Below, one piece after another: positions 40,074 to 49,897 of a stretch of DNA of 64,000 nt. The DNA is from an uncultured Rothia sp. Its GTDB lineage: Bacteria; Actinomycetota; Actinomycetes; Actinomycetales; Micrococcaceae. The DNA lies in the NCBI GenBank assembly GCA_963521575.1, contig CAUQVM010000001.1:285-64284 (forward strand). The letters are read 5' to 3'. The notes under the pieces are model-generated. The model was not told the DNA's origin, did no database searches, and saw only the letters and a program-made list of their open reading frames with translations. The first letter of the stretch is position 1; the number at the start of each line of letters is the position of its first letter. The position numbers were made by a program, and so were the translations under genes.

Positions 40074-41567
40074 ATGACCATTTTGGAATTTTTCCGCACC
40101 ACGAGAGCTAACCTCTGGTTGCTGATTATTGGTGTCATTATTGGCGCCGCGGTGGGTTTCGGCTATGCCTCCATGCAGCCGAAGGTGTATGCCGCATCAT
40201 CCTCAGGCTACGTGACCGTGGGTGAGTCCGGAACGGTGGATGTGCTCTCCGGCTCCTCCGCTGCCAAGGAACGCGCTCGTTCTTACGCCGCTATTGTCTC
40301 CTCGGAGGCCGTGGCACAGAAGATTAAGCAGAACGCTGTATCCTCCGAGAACAGCCGCAGTGCCGAAGTGGCGAAGCTAAGCACCGGCCAGATTCGCGGT
40401 AGCCTCACCGCGGTTGCCGGTGAGAATGCCGCGCTGATTACCGTCAGTGCCAAGGCCTCCGACCCGAAGGTCGCCCAGTACCTTGCCAACGGTGCCTTGC
40501 AGGCCACCGCTGACTACATTAAGGAAATTGAGCAGAACCCGGGCAATGCTCAAGCTCTGGTCAATGGCGAGAACACCGAGGCCTCCCCCACCGGCGGCAA
40601 CGTCGTTCGTGTGATTCCGCTGAACAACGCTAGCGTCAACCCGCCCATGGTGGCACCGAACTACCAGCAGAACACCCTTATCGGCGCCGGTGCCGGCCTA
40701 ATTCTGGTCTACGCAGCCATCTTCCTGCGCCGTGCGCTTGACCAGCGCATCCGCACCCGTGATGACGCCACCAAGGCAACCGGTGCAAATATTCTGGGCG
40801 TCCTGCCCGTCAGTGACGATCTGAGCGAAGAGAACATCGTGAAGGGTGACACTGACGACCATATCGCCCAGGAATCCATCCGTCAGCTACGCACTAACCT
40901 ACGCTTCGTAAACGTTGATACTCCCCCGCGTTCGTTCATCGTCACCTCCGCGGTGCCCGGTGAAGGTAAGTCAACCGTTTCGCTTTCGCTGGCTCGTTCC
41001 CTGGCCGATGCGGGTTCACCCGTCATCCTGATTGACGCTGACCTCCGCCGCCCGACCGTGGCAAAGAAGCTGAAGCTTGACGCCAAGGTTGGTCTGACCC
41101 AGGTCCTGGCTGGTCAGGTGGAAATCGCAAACGCCGTGCACCAGCTGGGCGATTCGAACCTCTTCGTCCTGACCGCAGGCCGTATCCCCCCGAACCCCTC
41201 CGAACTTCTGGGCTCGGACAAGATGCGCCAGCTCATCCAGGAGCTCTCCGAAGAGTTCACCGTGGTCGTCGACGTTCCGCCGCTGCTACCCGTGACCGAT
41301 GCTTCACTGCTCTCCCACTCGGTGGACGGCGTTATCCTGGTCGGTTCGATCGGTCGTAGCCACCGCGAGCAGATGACCGAGGCCTCCAATATTCTGAAGA
41401 AGGTTAATGCGAACCTCTTCGGCCTGGTCCTGAACCGTGCACCTCGTAAGGGTCTGGGTAACTCCTACTACGGCTTCGGTTATGCAAGCTCCTACGTGGG
41501 ATACGCAACCTACTACGGTTATGGCAAGGAAGGCAATAAGCGGAAGTCGAAGTCAGCTAAGAAGTAG
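40074..41567 (+). CDS. Polysaccharide co-polymerase / BY-kinase (Wzc-like tyrosine autokinase)
   Basis: Wzz N-domain; Walker A PGEGKST; IDADLRRP; VDVPP; C-terminal Tyr cluster. Confidence 0.93.
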   Translation: MTILEFFRTTRANLWLLIIGVIIGAAVGFGYASMQPKVYAASSSGYVTVGESGTVDVLSGSSAAKERARSYAAIVSSEAVAQKIKQNAVSSENSRSAEVAKLSTGQIRGSLTAVAGENAALITVSAKASDPKVAQYLANGALQATADYIKEIEQNPGNAQALVNGENTEASPTGGNVVRVIPLNNASVNPPMVAPNYQQNTLIGAGAGLILVYAAIFLRRALDQRIRTRDDATKATGANILGVLPVSDDLSEENIVKGDTDDHIAQESIRQLRTNLRFVNVDTPPRSFIVTSAVPGEGKSTVSLSLARSLADAGSPVILIDADLRRPTVAKKLKLDAKVGLTQVLAGQVEIANAVHQLGDSNLFVLTAGRIPPNPSELLGSDKMRQLIQELSEEFTVVVDVPPLLPVTDASLLSHSVDGVILVGSIGRSHREQMTEASNILKKVNANLFGLVLNRAPRKGLGNSYYGFGYASSYVGYATYYGYGKEGNKRKSKSAKK

Positions 41568-41613
41568 CATCGCGCTACTCCTCCCGGGAAAAGTCTCCCC
41601 GGGGGGCAACCAA

Positions 41614-41653
41614 ATAGGGTGGGATGGGCAGTTTAGATGCCCCTCCCACCCTA
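41614..41653. terminator. Hairpin between wzc and the nucleotidyltransferase gene
   Basis: atagggtgggatgggca ... tgcccctcccaccctat. Confidence 0.5.
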
Positions 41654-41689
41654 TACTTATGTTGTACATCTGTGCACCGAAAGGCTATT

Positions 41690-42547
41690 GTGACCACTCA
41701 CTCAACCAATACCTCGGAGCTGCAAACCACTCCTCTAGCAGCCCGCATTCGGCTTGCGCACGCCTACTTCCAACGCATAGCTGATCTGCACTCCATCGAT
41801 ATTCTGCACATCAAAGGCTACGCGTTCTCCCAGGAAATCTACCGTAAAGGCAGGTACAGCTCCGATGCTGACCTGCTCGTCCGCCCCTCGCAGGTTGACC
41901 GCTTTGTGAAGATTCTTCTGGCCGACGGTTGGCGGATCCAAGCACACTTTGAAACCGGCTCTGTTTTTGAGCACGCCATGACTCTCTACCATGCGTCCTG
42001 GGGCTTGACCGATATTCACCGTTTCTTTCCCGGCCTCGGCCGCCACGGCGAGTACGAGAAGGCCTTTAACCGCATCTGGGCGGCCCGAAAGACCCGACTT
42101 ATCGCCCACCGCCCCTGCACCGTACCCTCGGACTTAGACGCGCGCCTCATCGTGGTTCTGCACCGTGCACGCGCTGCATCTCGCTATAGCGCCGATATTA
42201 ACTACCTGGTCAACCGTATGTCCTATGCCGACTGGCAGCGTCTCAAGGCACGCGCAGATGAGCTCGACTCCGTACTGGCCTATAGTGCGGCCATGGGCGG
42301 GCTCGACCAGCATCGGGGCGATCGCGACTATCTGCTATGGCTCTCCGTCTCGCAAAATGTTCCCCACTACGTGCAGTGGCTGGGTCGTCTACGCTCGGCC
42401 GCCACTCTCTGCGATAAGCTACGCGTCCTCAAAACCATCTTCTTCGTCAACAAGGACCACCTGGCCATGGAACTCGGACGCACCCCCACCCGCGCCGAAG
42501 TACTCGCCAAGTTCTTTGCGCGTTTTGGAATTGAGGTGAAGAAGTGA
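41690..42547 (+). CDS. Nucleotidyltransferase-family protein (NTP_transf_5-like)
   Basis: HIKGYAF ... RYSSDADLLV ... DIHR motif pattern; GTG start inferred. Confidence 0.75.
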   Translation: MTTHSTNTSELQTTPLAARIRLAHAYFQRIADLHSIDILHIKGYAFSQEIYRKGRYSSDADLLVRPSQVDRFVKILLADGWRIQAHFETGSVFEHAMTLYHASWGLTDIHRFFPGLGRHGEYEKAFNRIWAARKTRLIAHRPCTVPSDLDARLIVVLHRARAASRYSADINYLVNRMSYADWQRLKARADELDSVLAYSAAMGGLDQHRGDRDYLLWLSVSQNVPHYVQWLGRLRSAATLCDKLRVLKTIFFVNKDHLAMELGRTPTRAEVLAKFFARFGIEVKK

Positions 42548-42852
42548 ACACACCCAATACCGCAACTCAGCCCGTGTACGGTATTCCTGAAGACATCGCG
42601 TATGTCCACTCAGAAGAATTTGCCAAGTACTCCCCCACCGCCAGCTACATTGCGAACCTGGCCACCGGCGAGCATTCAATTCTGCAGGGGTCAGCATCCA
42701 TTATCTGGGGAATCTTCGAAGACCCCATGAGCCTCGAGGAGGCCATTGCGGTGGTTAGCGACATCTACGAGCAACCGGTGGAGGTTATTGCGCCACAAAT
42801 TCGCGAATTTATCCCCGATCTGCTGGCTAAGGGGCTGCTGGAAACTCTCTAG
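42544..42852 (+). CDS. PqqD/RRE-family small protein
   Basis: 102 aa; LATGEHSILQGSASIIW ... IYE ... FIPDLLAKGLL matches the PqqD pattern; GTGA overlap with the upstream gene. Confidence 0.75.
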   Translation: MNTPNTATQPVYGIPEDIAYVHSEEFAKYSPTASYIANLATGEHSILQGSASIIWGIFEDPMSLEEAIAVVSDIYEQPVEVIAPQIREFIPDLLAKGLLETL

Positions 42853-42870
42853 AAATACCGGTATCACACT

Positions 42871-42925
42871 TGAAGAGGCGGGGCGGTAGAAACAGCGCTG
42901 TTTTTCCCCCCCCCCGCCTCTTTCA
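42871..42925. terminator. Bidirectional terminator between convergent genes
   Basis: tgaagaggcggggcgg ... ccccccccgcctctttca. Confidence 0.65.
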
Positions 42926-42950
42926 TATAGGGAATCCCCTCCGGGCCGTT

Positions 42951-44198
42951 CTACTCAGCCGGCAGAGCCTGCGCATAAGACTTCAAACGGGTAATAAAAC
43001 GCCCCTCCGAAAAACTATCCACGTGCTCGCGAATATAATCAGCGTCCCAGGCCTTCGGGTCGAAGGCCTCAATCGCGCGCTCTAGTTGCTCAACTGTCGG
43101 CTGATCAATAAAGACACCCGTCTTGCCCTCCTGAATCGTATCCAAGAAGCCACCCGCACGGTAGGCGATGACAGCCTTGCCACTGGCCCCAGCTTCCAGC
43201 GGGGTAATGCCAAAGTCCTCATAGGAAATCGCCAGCAATGCCAGGCAGTGGCGGTACGCGTAGCGCAACTGCGCGTCCGAAATGCCCGAGGCAATACGAA
43301 TTGTATCCCCGGATATCTGCTGCAGGTGCTCCTTCTCCGGTCCGTGACCGATCACCAGCAACTTCTTGCCCAGGCGGTTGCACGCCTCAACAGCCTTATC
43401 CACGTTCTTATACGGCAACAGACGTGAAACAATCAGGAAGTAGTCATCCCCGCCCATGAAATCCTCTAGGCCCGGAATTGGCTCGGTCGAAGCCTCGAAA
43501 TCCACCGAATGAGGCGGGAAAAAGATTGGCACTTCCTTCTTGCCGTATACGTTCTCAATACGTTTCTTAATGACGCTCGCATTCGCCACGTACACGGCCG
43601 AGCGGTGAGCGGCCCAGCGATCCCAAAATATTAACACCGGACGAAGTGTCTTCAACATGAGCGGCACGGGGCCGGTGCTCTTCTCCCCCAGGTACTGATC
43701 GCTCAGGTACAGCCAACGGGCTGGGGAATGGCAGTAAATAAACTTACGACCCGCGTAGTTGAAACCGTGCGCCCAACCGGTGGTCGACACAATGGCCCGC
43801 TCGGCCGGAACCTTTAGAAAGGAAGCCGCCAGCGGAAGAATTGGCAGAGACACCCGATGGTTGCGGCGCAGATAACCAATCTTATTGAGCGGGCTCGTAA
43901 TGATCTTCGCGTCTTTGAACTCGGGGAACGTTCCCTCTGGGTCATATAGCGTCGTGTAAATGGGCGCCTCCGGGAAAGCACGGTGCATCGCCAGAACCAC
44001 ACGCTCAGCACCACCGCGCTGAGTTAGGTAGTCGTGGGCAATCGCAATTGGCTCCGTTGCCTCAGGCTTAACCAACGGCACGTAGCGGCGCACCAGGTGC
44101 TCAAGCTTCTTGATGCTCTTCGGAATATCCGCCATCACCGCTTCAGGGTTCTTCGGCCCGGTAAAGGGGACGGAGGTAAAGAGCTGAGTGAGCGACAT
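42951..44198 (-). CDS. Glycosyltransferase family 4 (mannosyltransferase-like)
   Basis: HDYLTQRGGAERV, YCHSPARW and EDFGITPLEA motifs. Confidence 0.9.
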   Translation of the reverse strand: MSLTQLFTSVPFTGPKNPEAVMADIPKSIKKLEHLVRRYVPLVKPEATEPIAIAHDYLTQRGGAERVVLAMHRAFPEAPIYTTLYDPEGTFPEFKDAKIITSPLNKIGYLRRNHRVSLPILPLAASFLKVPAERAIVSTTGWAHGFNYAGRKFIYCHSPARWLYLSDQYLGEKSTGPVPLMLKTLRPVLIFWDRWAAHRSAVYVANASVIKKRIENVYGKKEVPIFFPPHSVDFEASTEPIPGLEDFMGGDDYFLIVSRLLPYKNVDKAVEACNRLGKKLLVIGHGPEKEHLQQISGDTIRIASGISDAQLRYAYRHCLALLAISYEDFGITPLEAGASGKAVIAYRAGGFLDTIQEGKTGVFIDQPTVEQLERAIEAFDPKAWDADYIREHVDSFSEGRFITRLKSYAQALPAE

Positions 44199-44209
44199 AT
44201 CTTTTCCTC

Positions 44210-45157
44210 CTAGAAGTTCTTCTGAGCGCGCTCAGGGTAACGGATACCGGCGTAGGATGCTGCTTCAACCTGCAGAGCAACAATTTTCTCGGCCACCTTG
44301 ACCGGGAGCTTGAGCAGAACTTTATCGCTCAAATCCCCCAGGATCTTAATGGTCTTTTCAGTCGTAAATCGAGCCAGGGTCTTCACCGCCAGACCCCAGG
44401 GGCCGGACGGGTTTGGCGCCGGATGGGCTGCCTCGCCGTGCTTACGCACAAAAATCGTGCGGGCTGAGCCCGAGTGCAGGGCGCGCAGGGCGCGTACCGC
44501 AGTGGTGGTAGCCTCGGCGTAGTGTTTGACCTCGACCTCATCGGAAATAATAATGCGACCGCCGGCATCGTGTACCATCTTGCCCATGTCAACGTCTTCC
44601 CAGCCATACAGACGGTAGGCGGGGTCGTATCCGCCGGTACGTTCGTAGAATTCAGTGGAAATCGAGGAGTTACCATTCCAATACAGCCAGCGGCCAGCCT
44701 CGGGCGCGCTCAGGGCCCCCTGCTTAAAGCGGGCATCGCGGAAGTTACCGTATACACGCGAATACGGGGTATCCGGGTAGACGTTCTTCAAAGTGCCAAC
44801 TACCCCGTCGTAGTCACGGTGCAGTCGAATCTGGGCCTCCACGTAGTCGGCCTTAGGTTGCAGGTCGTCATCGCACCGAATCAGAATGTCGGCATTTGCT
44901 GCACGATGTCCGGCGTTCAGCGCGCTGACGCGCCCGCGATTCTCATCGAAAACAATTTTGCTCAGGTTCAGCGTACCTTCGGCAATATAGCGATCGAGCA
45001 CAGCCTCACTATTATCAATGTCACCGTCGAGTACCACAATCACCTGAAAGTCTTTCTCCGTCTGGTTCTTCAGCGCATCCAGGGGATAGTGCAAAATCTC
45101 CGCGCCACCGCGAGAGGGAATAATAACCGCTGCCTTGTAGCGGTGAGTCGTCGTCAT
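44210..45157 (-). CDS. Glycosyltransferase family 2
   Basis: VIIPS, CDDDL and YGWEDVD motifs. Confidence 0.88.
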   Translation of the reverse strand: MTTTHRYKAAVIIPSRGGAEILHYPLDALKNQTEKDFQVIVVLDGDIDNSEAVLDRYIAEGTLNLSKIVFDENRGRVSALNAGHRAANADILIRCDDDLQPKADYVEAQIRLHRDYDGVVGTLKNVYPDTPYSRVYGNFRDARFKQGALSAPEAGRWLYWNGNSSISTEFYERTGGYDPAYRLYGWEDVDMGKMVHDAGGRIIISDEVEVKHYAEATTTAVRALRALHSGSARTIFVRKHGEAAHPAPNPSGPWGLAVKTLARFTTEKTIKILGDLSDKVLLKLPVKVAEKIVALQVEAASYAGIRYPERAQKNF

Positions 45158-45227
45158 AATCTTCCTTAGAGTATGTGTGAGGTGATATCTAAGAGGGTGT
45201 GGGTACTACGTACACGCGTGAAGACAG

Positions 45228-46268
45228 CTAGCGCATCATGCGGTCGAGTATCTCCCCAACGCGAACCTTGCCCGCCTCGGGTGAGTAGTTTTCTTGCCAG
45301 CGCCAGAACAAATAGGAGGTTCGCTCGGCAAGCGCTTCCGTGTCCTCGCGTAGCTCAACCCCCAGGGCTTTAATAGCCTGGGCTAGAGCTTGCGGCTGGT
45401 CGGCAGGGACAACGTACGGATAGGATGTACCGCCCACCACCTCCGCGAGAGCACCGGCATCGCTCACGATAACGGGCACGCGGGCACTCATTGCCTCCGC
45501 CACCACAAGCCCAAAAGACTCGGGGGCGATGGAGGGCACAACCAGCATGTCAATATCGCCCAGGAGGCACTCCGGGGTAGTCCATCCCAAGCGGGTGCTG
45601 AAGGGAGCCACACTGGCCATGGCGTCCTCTACCTCGGCGCGTTCTTCCTCGGATGCGAATACCGGCTCCCCGCCAATGACCAGGTCATAGCCGACTTCCT
45701 GGGCGTTTAGACTACTCATGGCCTGACAGAGGGTTCCAATACCCTTCGAGGGAGTCAGCCGGCCCAGGTACCCGACACGCAGGCGGCGATCCCCCACGCG
45801 ATGGTCCAGTGCGGTGGATATGCCGCTCACCCAGTTCGCGAAGAGCTCACTACCGGGGCAAGCACGCGCCACGTAGCGGCTGGGCACCAGCGTCACGGAA
45901 GCCTTACGGCGGGCGAGGGGAACCAGTTTTGCGTTCACACCGGCAGGTAGCTGGTGCAGGTGCACAATACGGTTCTTGCGGCCTCCGGTTGCGGCCGAGG
46001 GAACCAGTCCGTTACACCAGAGCAATACGTCCCTGTGGCGGGCATTCCAGGCACGCAGGGCCAGGATGTACTGTGCCCTGTTCTTAGCGGGTAGTACGAC
46101 GCGGGCGAAGCCCTCATCGGCGGCGGCTTCCACCAGTTGCTTCGGCTCGGAGGGCCCCACGATAGTGACCTTGTAGCCGAGGCTACGAGCGGCACGGGCA
46201 ATATTCAAGAGCATGACCTCGCCACCGCCAATGTCACCGTTATTAGTCGCGATGTACAGTTCTTTCAT
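45228..46268 (-). CDS. Glycosyltransferase family 4
   Basis: GGGE, GRLTPSKG and PESFGLVVAEAM motifs. Confidence 0.88.
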   Translation of the reverse strand: MKELYIATNNGDIGGGEVMLLNIARAARSLGYKVTIVGPSEPKQLVEAAADEGFARVVLPAKNRAQYILALRAWNARHRDVLLWCNGLVPSAATGGRKNRIVHLHQLPAGVNAKLVPLARRKASVTLVPSRYVARACPGSELFANWVSGISTALDHRVGDRRLRVGYLGRLTPSKGIGTLCQAMSSLNAQEVGYDLVIGGEPVFASEEERAEVEDAMASVAPFSTRLGWTTPECLLGDIDMLVVPSIAPESFGLVVAEAMSARVPVIVSDAGALAEVVGGTSYPYVVPADQPQALAQAIKALGVELREDTEALAERTSYLFWRWQENYSPEAGKVRVGEILDRMMR

Positions 46269-46270
46269 AG

Positions 46271-47692
46271 TTAGAACTTTCTTGCCTGCTGGCGGATAGA
46301 AGCGATGTCGAAGGACTTAACGGCGCGAAGGTCATTGCTCGCAGTCGGGGGTGCGGGATGCGGGGTTTCCGCAAGGTTAGAGGCCTGCGCTGTGGGCACG
46401 ATTTCGGTAGCTTCGGGTGATTCATCGGTATTTTGCTTCTGGTCTGCGGCTTCCGGGGTGGCTTCACTATGACCCGAGTCGGAGGCATCCAGTTTCTCGT
46501 CGGGGTTCAGGTACAGCAGAGCCAGGCCAATCACAACGGCCCAGGGCACGGTCAGAATCACTTCACCCAGACGCTGCGAGGCAATCAGAATAATCACCAT
46601 CCCCGCCTCCGCAATCACAATGCGGTGGGTACGGGCCTGCTTCCAGAAGAAGGTTGTGATAATTGTTAGACCCACGATGACAACCATGTACGCCCAACCG
46701 GCTTCCTGCACAAGGGTCATGTAGGAGTTGTGGAAGTAGAAGTAACGATTCTGCAGGGGAACCTGGGCGGTACCCAGGCCACCGCCGTACCACGGCACCG
46801 CATCAATCATGCGGTACATTTCTTCGTCAATACGCTGACGTAGCAGGTCACTACCAAGTCGGTTGGCAAAGGTACCCGCACGGGCGAAGTTGTCCTCCAG
46901 ATAGTTCACACCCAGGTAGAACAGGTACGCCAAAACAGCTTTACCGAAGAGGTTCAGACGGTACGAGAAGTACAGCCACAGGATGGCGAAGGCATAGGCC
47001 GCTAGCGAGGTGCGGGAACCGGTCAGCCACAGCATGCCCGAAGTCACGACGATTGCGGCAATACGGTGACTCTTCTTACGCGCCATGGCCACGAAGAGGA
47101 AGCCAAAGAGTGCGTAGTACAGGCCAGACTGGTTCTTATCGTTGAGCCAACCGGTCAACGTACCGCCGTAGTTATCCGGGGCGACACGCGCGTAGAAGCC
47201 GATAAAGTTGAACAGCAGACCGAAGGCCACACCGAAGAGCAGGGAGCGAATATCAATCTTCTTCTGCGCAATCTGCAAAGCCAGCAACACCACGACCGCC
47301 ATACGCACCGCACGGCGGACAGCGTACTCGACTGGGAAGCTGTTGAAGGCCAAGGTCTCAAATAGAGCCCACCCAATGGCCAGTAGCAGTACCGTAAATA
47401 AGAGACCATTATTGGGGTGATCAACCTTCGCGGGCTTGGTCAGGTTGTAGAGCACCAGAACCATTACCACGACCGTTCCCACGGGCATGGCAAAGAAACC
47501 GGTCGTAATACCGATGAAGATGAGGCCGAATCCAGCCCAGAAATCGAGCATTGACAGCTTGGAGACGCTACCCGCCAGGTATTTCGCCTCATCCTTTGCG
47601 GCCCGGCCAAAGCGGGTCGTGTCTACCTGCGCGGTACCGTCAGGTTTCGAAGGAGCGGCCCCCGATGCGCTCTGGTGGTGTGCTACAGTCAT
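46271..47692 (-). CDS. Wzy polymerase / O-antigen-ligase-family membrane protein
   Basis: Multiple TM segments; DKN, TGSRT, GGGLG and HNSY motifs. Confidence 0.8.
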   Translation of the reverse strand: MTVAHHQSASGAAPSKPDGTAQVDTTRFGRAAKDEAKYLAGSVSKLSMLDFWAGFGLIFIGITTGFFAMPVGTVVVMVLVLYNLTKPAKVDHPNNGLLFTVLLLAIGWALFETLAFNSFPVEYAVRRAVRMAVVVLLALQIAQKKIDIRSLLFGVAFGLLFNFIGFYARVAPDNYGGTLTGWLNDKNQSGLYYALFGFLFVAMARKKSHRIAAIVVTSGMLWLTGSRTSLAAYAFAILWLYFSYRLNLFGKAVLAYLFYLGVNYLEDNFARAGTFANRLGSDLLRQRIDEEMYRMIDAVPWYGGGLGTAQVPLQNRYFYFHNSYMTLVQEAGWAYMVVIVGLTIITTFFWKQARTHRIVIAEAGMVIILIASQRLGEVILTVPWAVVIGLALLYLNPDEKLDASDSGHSEATPEAADQKQNTDESPEATEIVPTAQASNLAETPHPAPPTASNDLRAVKSFDIASIRQQARKF

Positions 47693-48804
47693 TTCCTCTC
47701 CAAAAGTCGAGCGTAAATCTCGACGGTCTGAGCAGCCATCTGTTCGTTAGAAATCCAGGTGAAGGACTCGCTCGTGCTGTTTGTCAGTTGCCGGCGCATT
47801 ACTTGAAGGACCTCATCGGTCAGCTGGGCATTTGAACGATCCACCAGCTCGTCGGCTGAAAGAATCTCCGGGTTACCGCCTACGGCGGTGGCTACGGTCT
47901 TCAATCCAGCAGCTTTGGCATCCAGCAGGGTGTAGGAGCAGTTCTCCCACACCGAAAGCTGAACGATCATATCGTTACGCCTCATTGCCTCCACAGGGTT
48001 GACGAACCCGCTAAAGGTTACGCGATCTCCAAGGTTGAGACGCTTTGCTTGGGCTTGGAGTTCAGAAGCCAAATCGCCCGAACCGGCAATTTCCAGGTGC
48101 GCTTGCGGATACTCATGGCGGAGCTGAGCAAAGGCATCCAGGAGCACGTCGACACCCTTCTCCGGTGAAAGTCGGGAAAGCGATAGAACGCGCGGACTAC
48201 CTTTGGCAGGGACACGTTGCGCGGCAACGGCAGCCGCCACTTCAGGAATATCCACGCCGTTGTACACAAGTTCCACGTTGCGGGCGCCCCACTTGGCGCG
48301 CATCTGCTCGGCGGTCGAGCGGGATACCGCAATCGCCTGATCGGTACCCCATAGGCGCATACGGTGTACGGTCTCCATGAGCTTTGAGCGCCAGGAAGTA
48401 CCGTGATAGACCGCATCGTTACCGGCGATGCCATGCTCAGTGGTTACCAGACGCGGCACCCACAGGGCACGCTGCACCAGATGACGGGCACGCAGGGTAT
48501 TTACCACTGCGGCAGCCACAACGTCCGCGTAGGCCAGATGGCTGTGCACAATTTCCGGGCGCAATTGTTCGACGGCCCTGGTGAGGGAAGCAAAGGAGGT
48601 TTTGAACCCATAGTCGGGGCCGAAATCGGCCCTGATCACGCTCACGCCCATCTCTTTGAGACGATTCGTGAGTTTACCTTCGGGCGCGAGAACCACCAGG
48701 TTAAAACCGGGTAGCTCAGCACGCGCCATATCAACAACGTGCCGAGCTACTCCACCAAAATCGGGGACCGGAACGACCCACAGGGCGGTTGGTGTAAAGG
48801 TCAT
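47689..48804 (-). CDS. Glycosyltransferase family 4
   Basis: GGVARH, SRLSPEKG and WENCSYTLLDA (variant EX7E) motifs. Confidence 0.88.
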   Translation of the reverse strand: MTFTPTALWVVPVPDFGGVARHVVDMARAELPGFNLVVLAPEGKLTNRLKEMGVSVIRADFGPDYGFKTSFASLTRAVEQLRPEIVHSHLAYADVVAAAVVNTLRARHLVQRALWVPRLVTTEHGIAGNDAVYHGTSWRSKLMETVHRMRLWGTDQAIAVSRSTAEQMRAKWGARNVELVYNGVDIPEVAAAVAAQRVPAKGSPRVLSLSRLSPEKGVDVLLDAFAQLRHEYPQAHLEIAGSGDLASELQAQAKRLNLGDRVTFSGFVNPVEAMRRNDMIVQLSVWENCSYTLLDAKAAGLKTVATAVGGNPEILSADELVDRSNAQLTDEVLQVMRRQLTNSTSESFTWISNEQMAAQTVEIYARLLERK

Positions 48805-49886
48805 GCCTTAGTCAACTTTCGAGTGAGGAAAGAACGGAAGGATGCTGAAACCTTCGTTTCAATAGAAATATGCACCAGGTAGGCGAAGCATACCACCAAA
48901 ACCAGCGCGATAACGCGCGAACCCCAGGGGCCCGCGACCGGGTAGAACAGGTCCACCAGCATATAGCCAACCATGGCGTGGCCCAGGTACAGCGGGTATG
49001 AAATACGCCCCAGGAAATTCAGCGGTCCGCGAGCCAGCACCGGGACATTCTTAACGTACACCACGACGAAGAACATGAGGCTAATCAACGCCACTCCAAC
49101 ACCGTGAGCTAGATCGTGCATCAAAGCCGCGTTGAGCGAGGCCAGAATCGCGAAGTACGGAATATGCCAGGTGAACTTACGATCGTGGCTGTACAGGAAG
49201 AACATCATGCCCAGGCTGAAGAGCGAAGAATGCTCCGCCACCGCCGCCCAAACGATCATCTTCGGCGCTCCGTTCAGGGAGGCTTCCGGGTGGAAGAGTA
49301 AGCACAGGGCTGTACCGATGACCGACCAGACCAGCAGGATCATCGTCAGCTCGGTTCTATAGATTTTTCCCCGCCGGATGATTAGATACAACGCCACCAT
49401 AACGTAGAACTGAAGTTCCACGGCCAGGGTCCAGTACACCTGATCCACATTATCTACCCGCAGGAAGTGCTGCAACATCGTGGTGTTGACCAGCGTCTGC
49501 ACGACCGGAATGTGCCGGCCAGGGTTACCGTACAGGAAGTACACCAGAGCTGAAACACCCAGCGCAAACCAGTACGTCGGGTAGATACGGGAAAACCGCG
49601 AAACAGCGAACTTCAGTGCAGACCCGCTCTTAATAGCACTCAACAGAATTACGAATCCAGAGATGATGAAGAAGAGCTGAATACCCAGCTCACCCAGCGG
49701 AATGTCGTAGGGTGAAGGAGCGGTTCGCGGGTAGTTCTGAGTCGCAGGCACTCCCAGGTGATAAATCACCACGGTAAAAGCAGCCAGACCGCGGAACCCG
49801 TCCAGCTCCCGGAAACGACCGGGAGTGATGAAGTCCTGATCAAGGATCTCACCCTCCCGAGCCTTTACGGTCTGAGACTTGGCCAT
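48801..49886 (-). CDS. Acyltransferase-3 (OafA-like O-acyltransferase)
   Basis: ELDGFRGLA, FFIISGF, RFSRIYP, WTLAVE and GRISYPLYL motifs. Confidence 0.9.
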   Translation of the reverse strand: MAKSQTVKAREGEILDQDFITPGRFRELDGFRGLAAFTVVIYHLGVPATQNYPRTAPSPYDIPLGELGIQLFFIISGFVILLSAIKSGSALKFAVSRFSRIYPTYWFALGVSALVYFLYGNPGRHIPVVQTLVNTTMLQHFLRVDNVDQVYWTLAVELQFYVMVALYLIIRRGKIYRTELTMILLVWSVIGTALCLLFHPEASLNGAPKMIVWAAVAEHSSLFSLGMMFFLYSHDRKFTWHIPYFAILASLNAALMHDLAHGVGVALISLMFFVVVYVKNVPVLARGPLNFLGRISYPLYLGHAMVGYMLVDLFYPVAGPWGSRVIALVLVVCFAYLVHISIETKVSASFRSFLTRKLTKA

Positions 49887-49897
49887 GGGTACCGTTC

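Noticed and set aside
42906..42915. C10 homopolymer as a phase-variation tract
   Set aside because: It is intergenic between convergent genes and forms one arm of a terminator hairpin.
41568..42950. RiPP or lasso precursor peptide near the PqqD gene
   Set aside because: No short ORF with a credible RBS and leader motif was seen, and no cyclase or peptidase is in the window.
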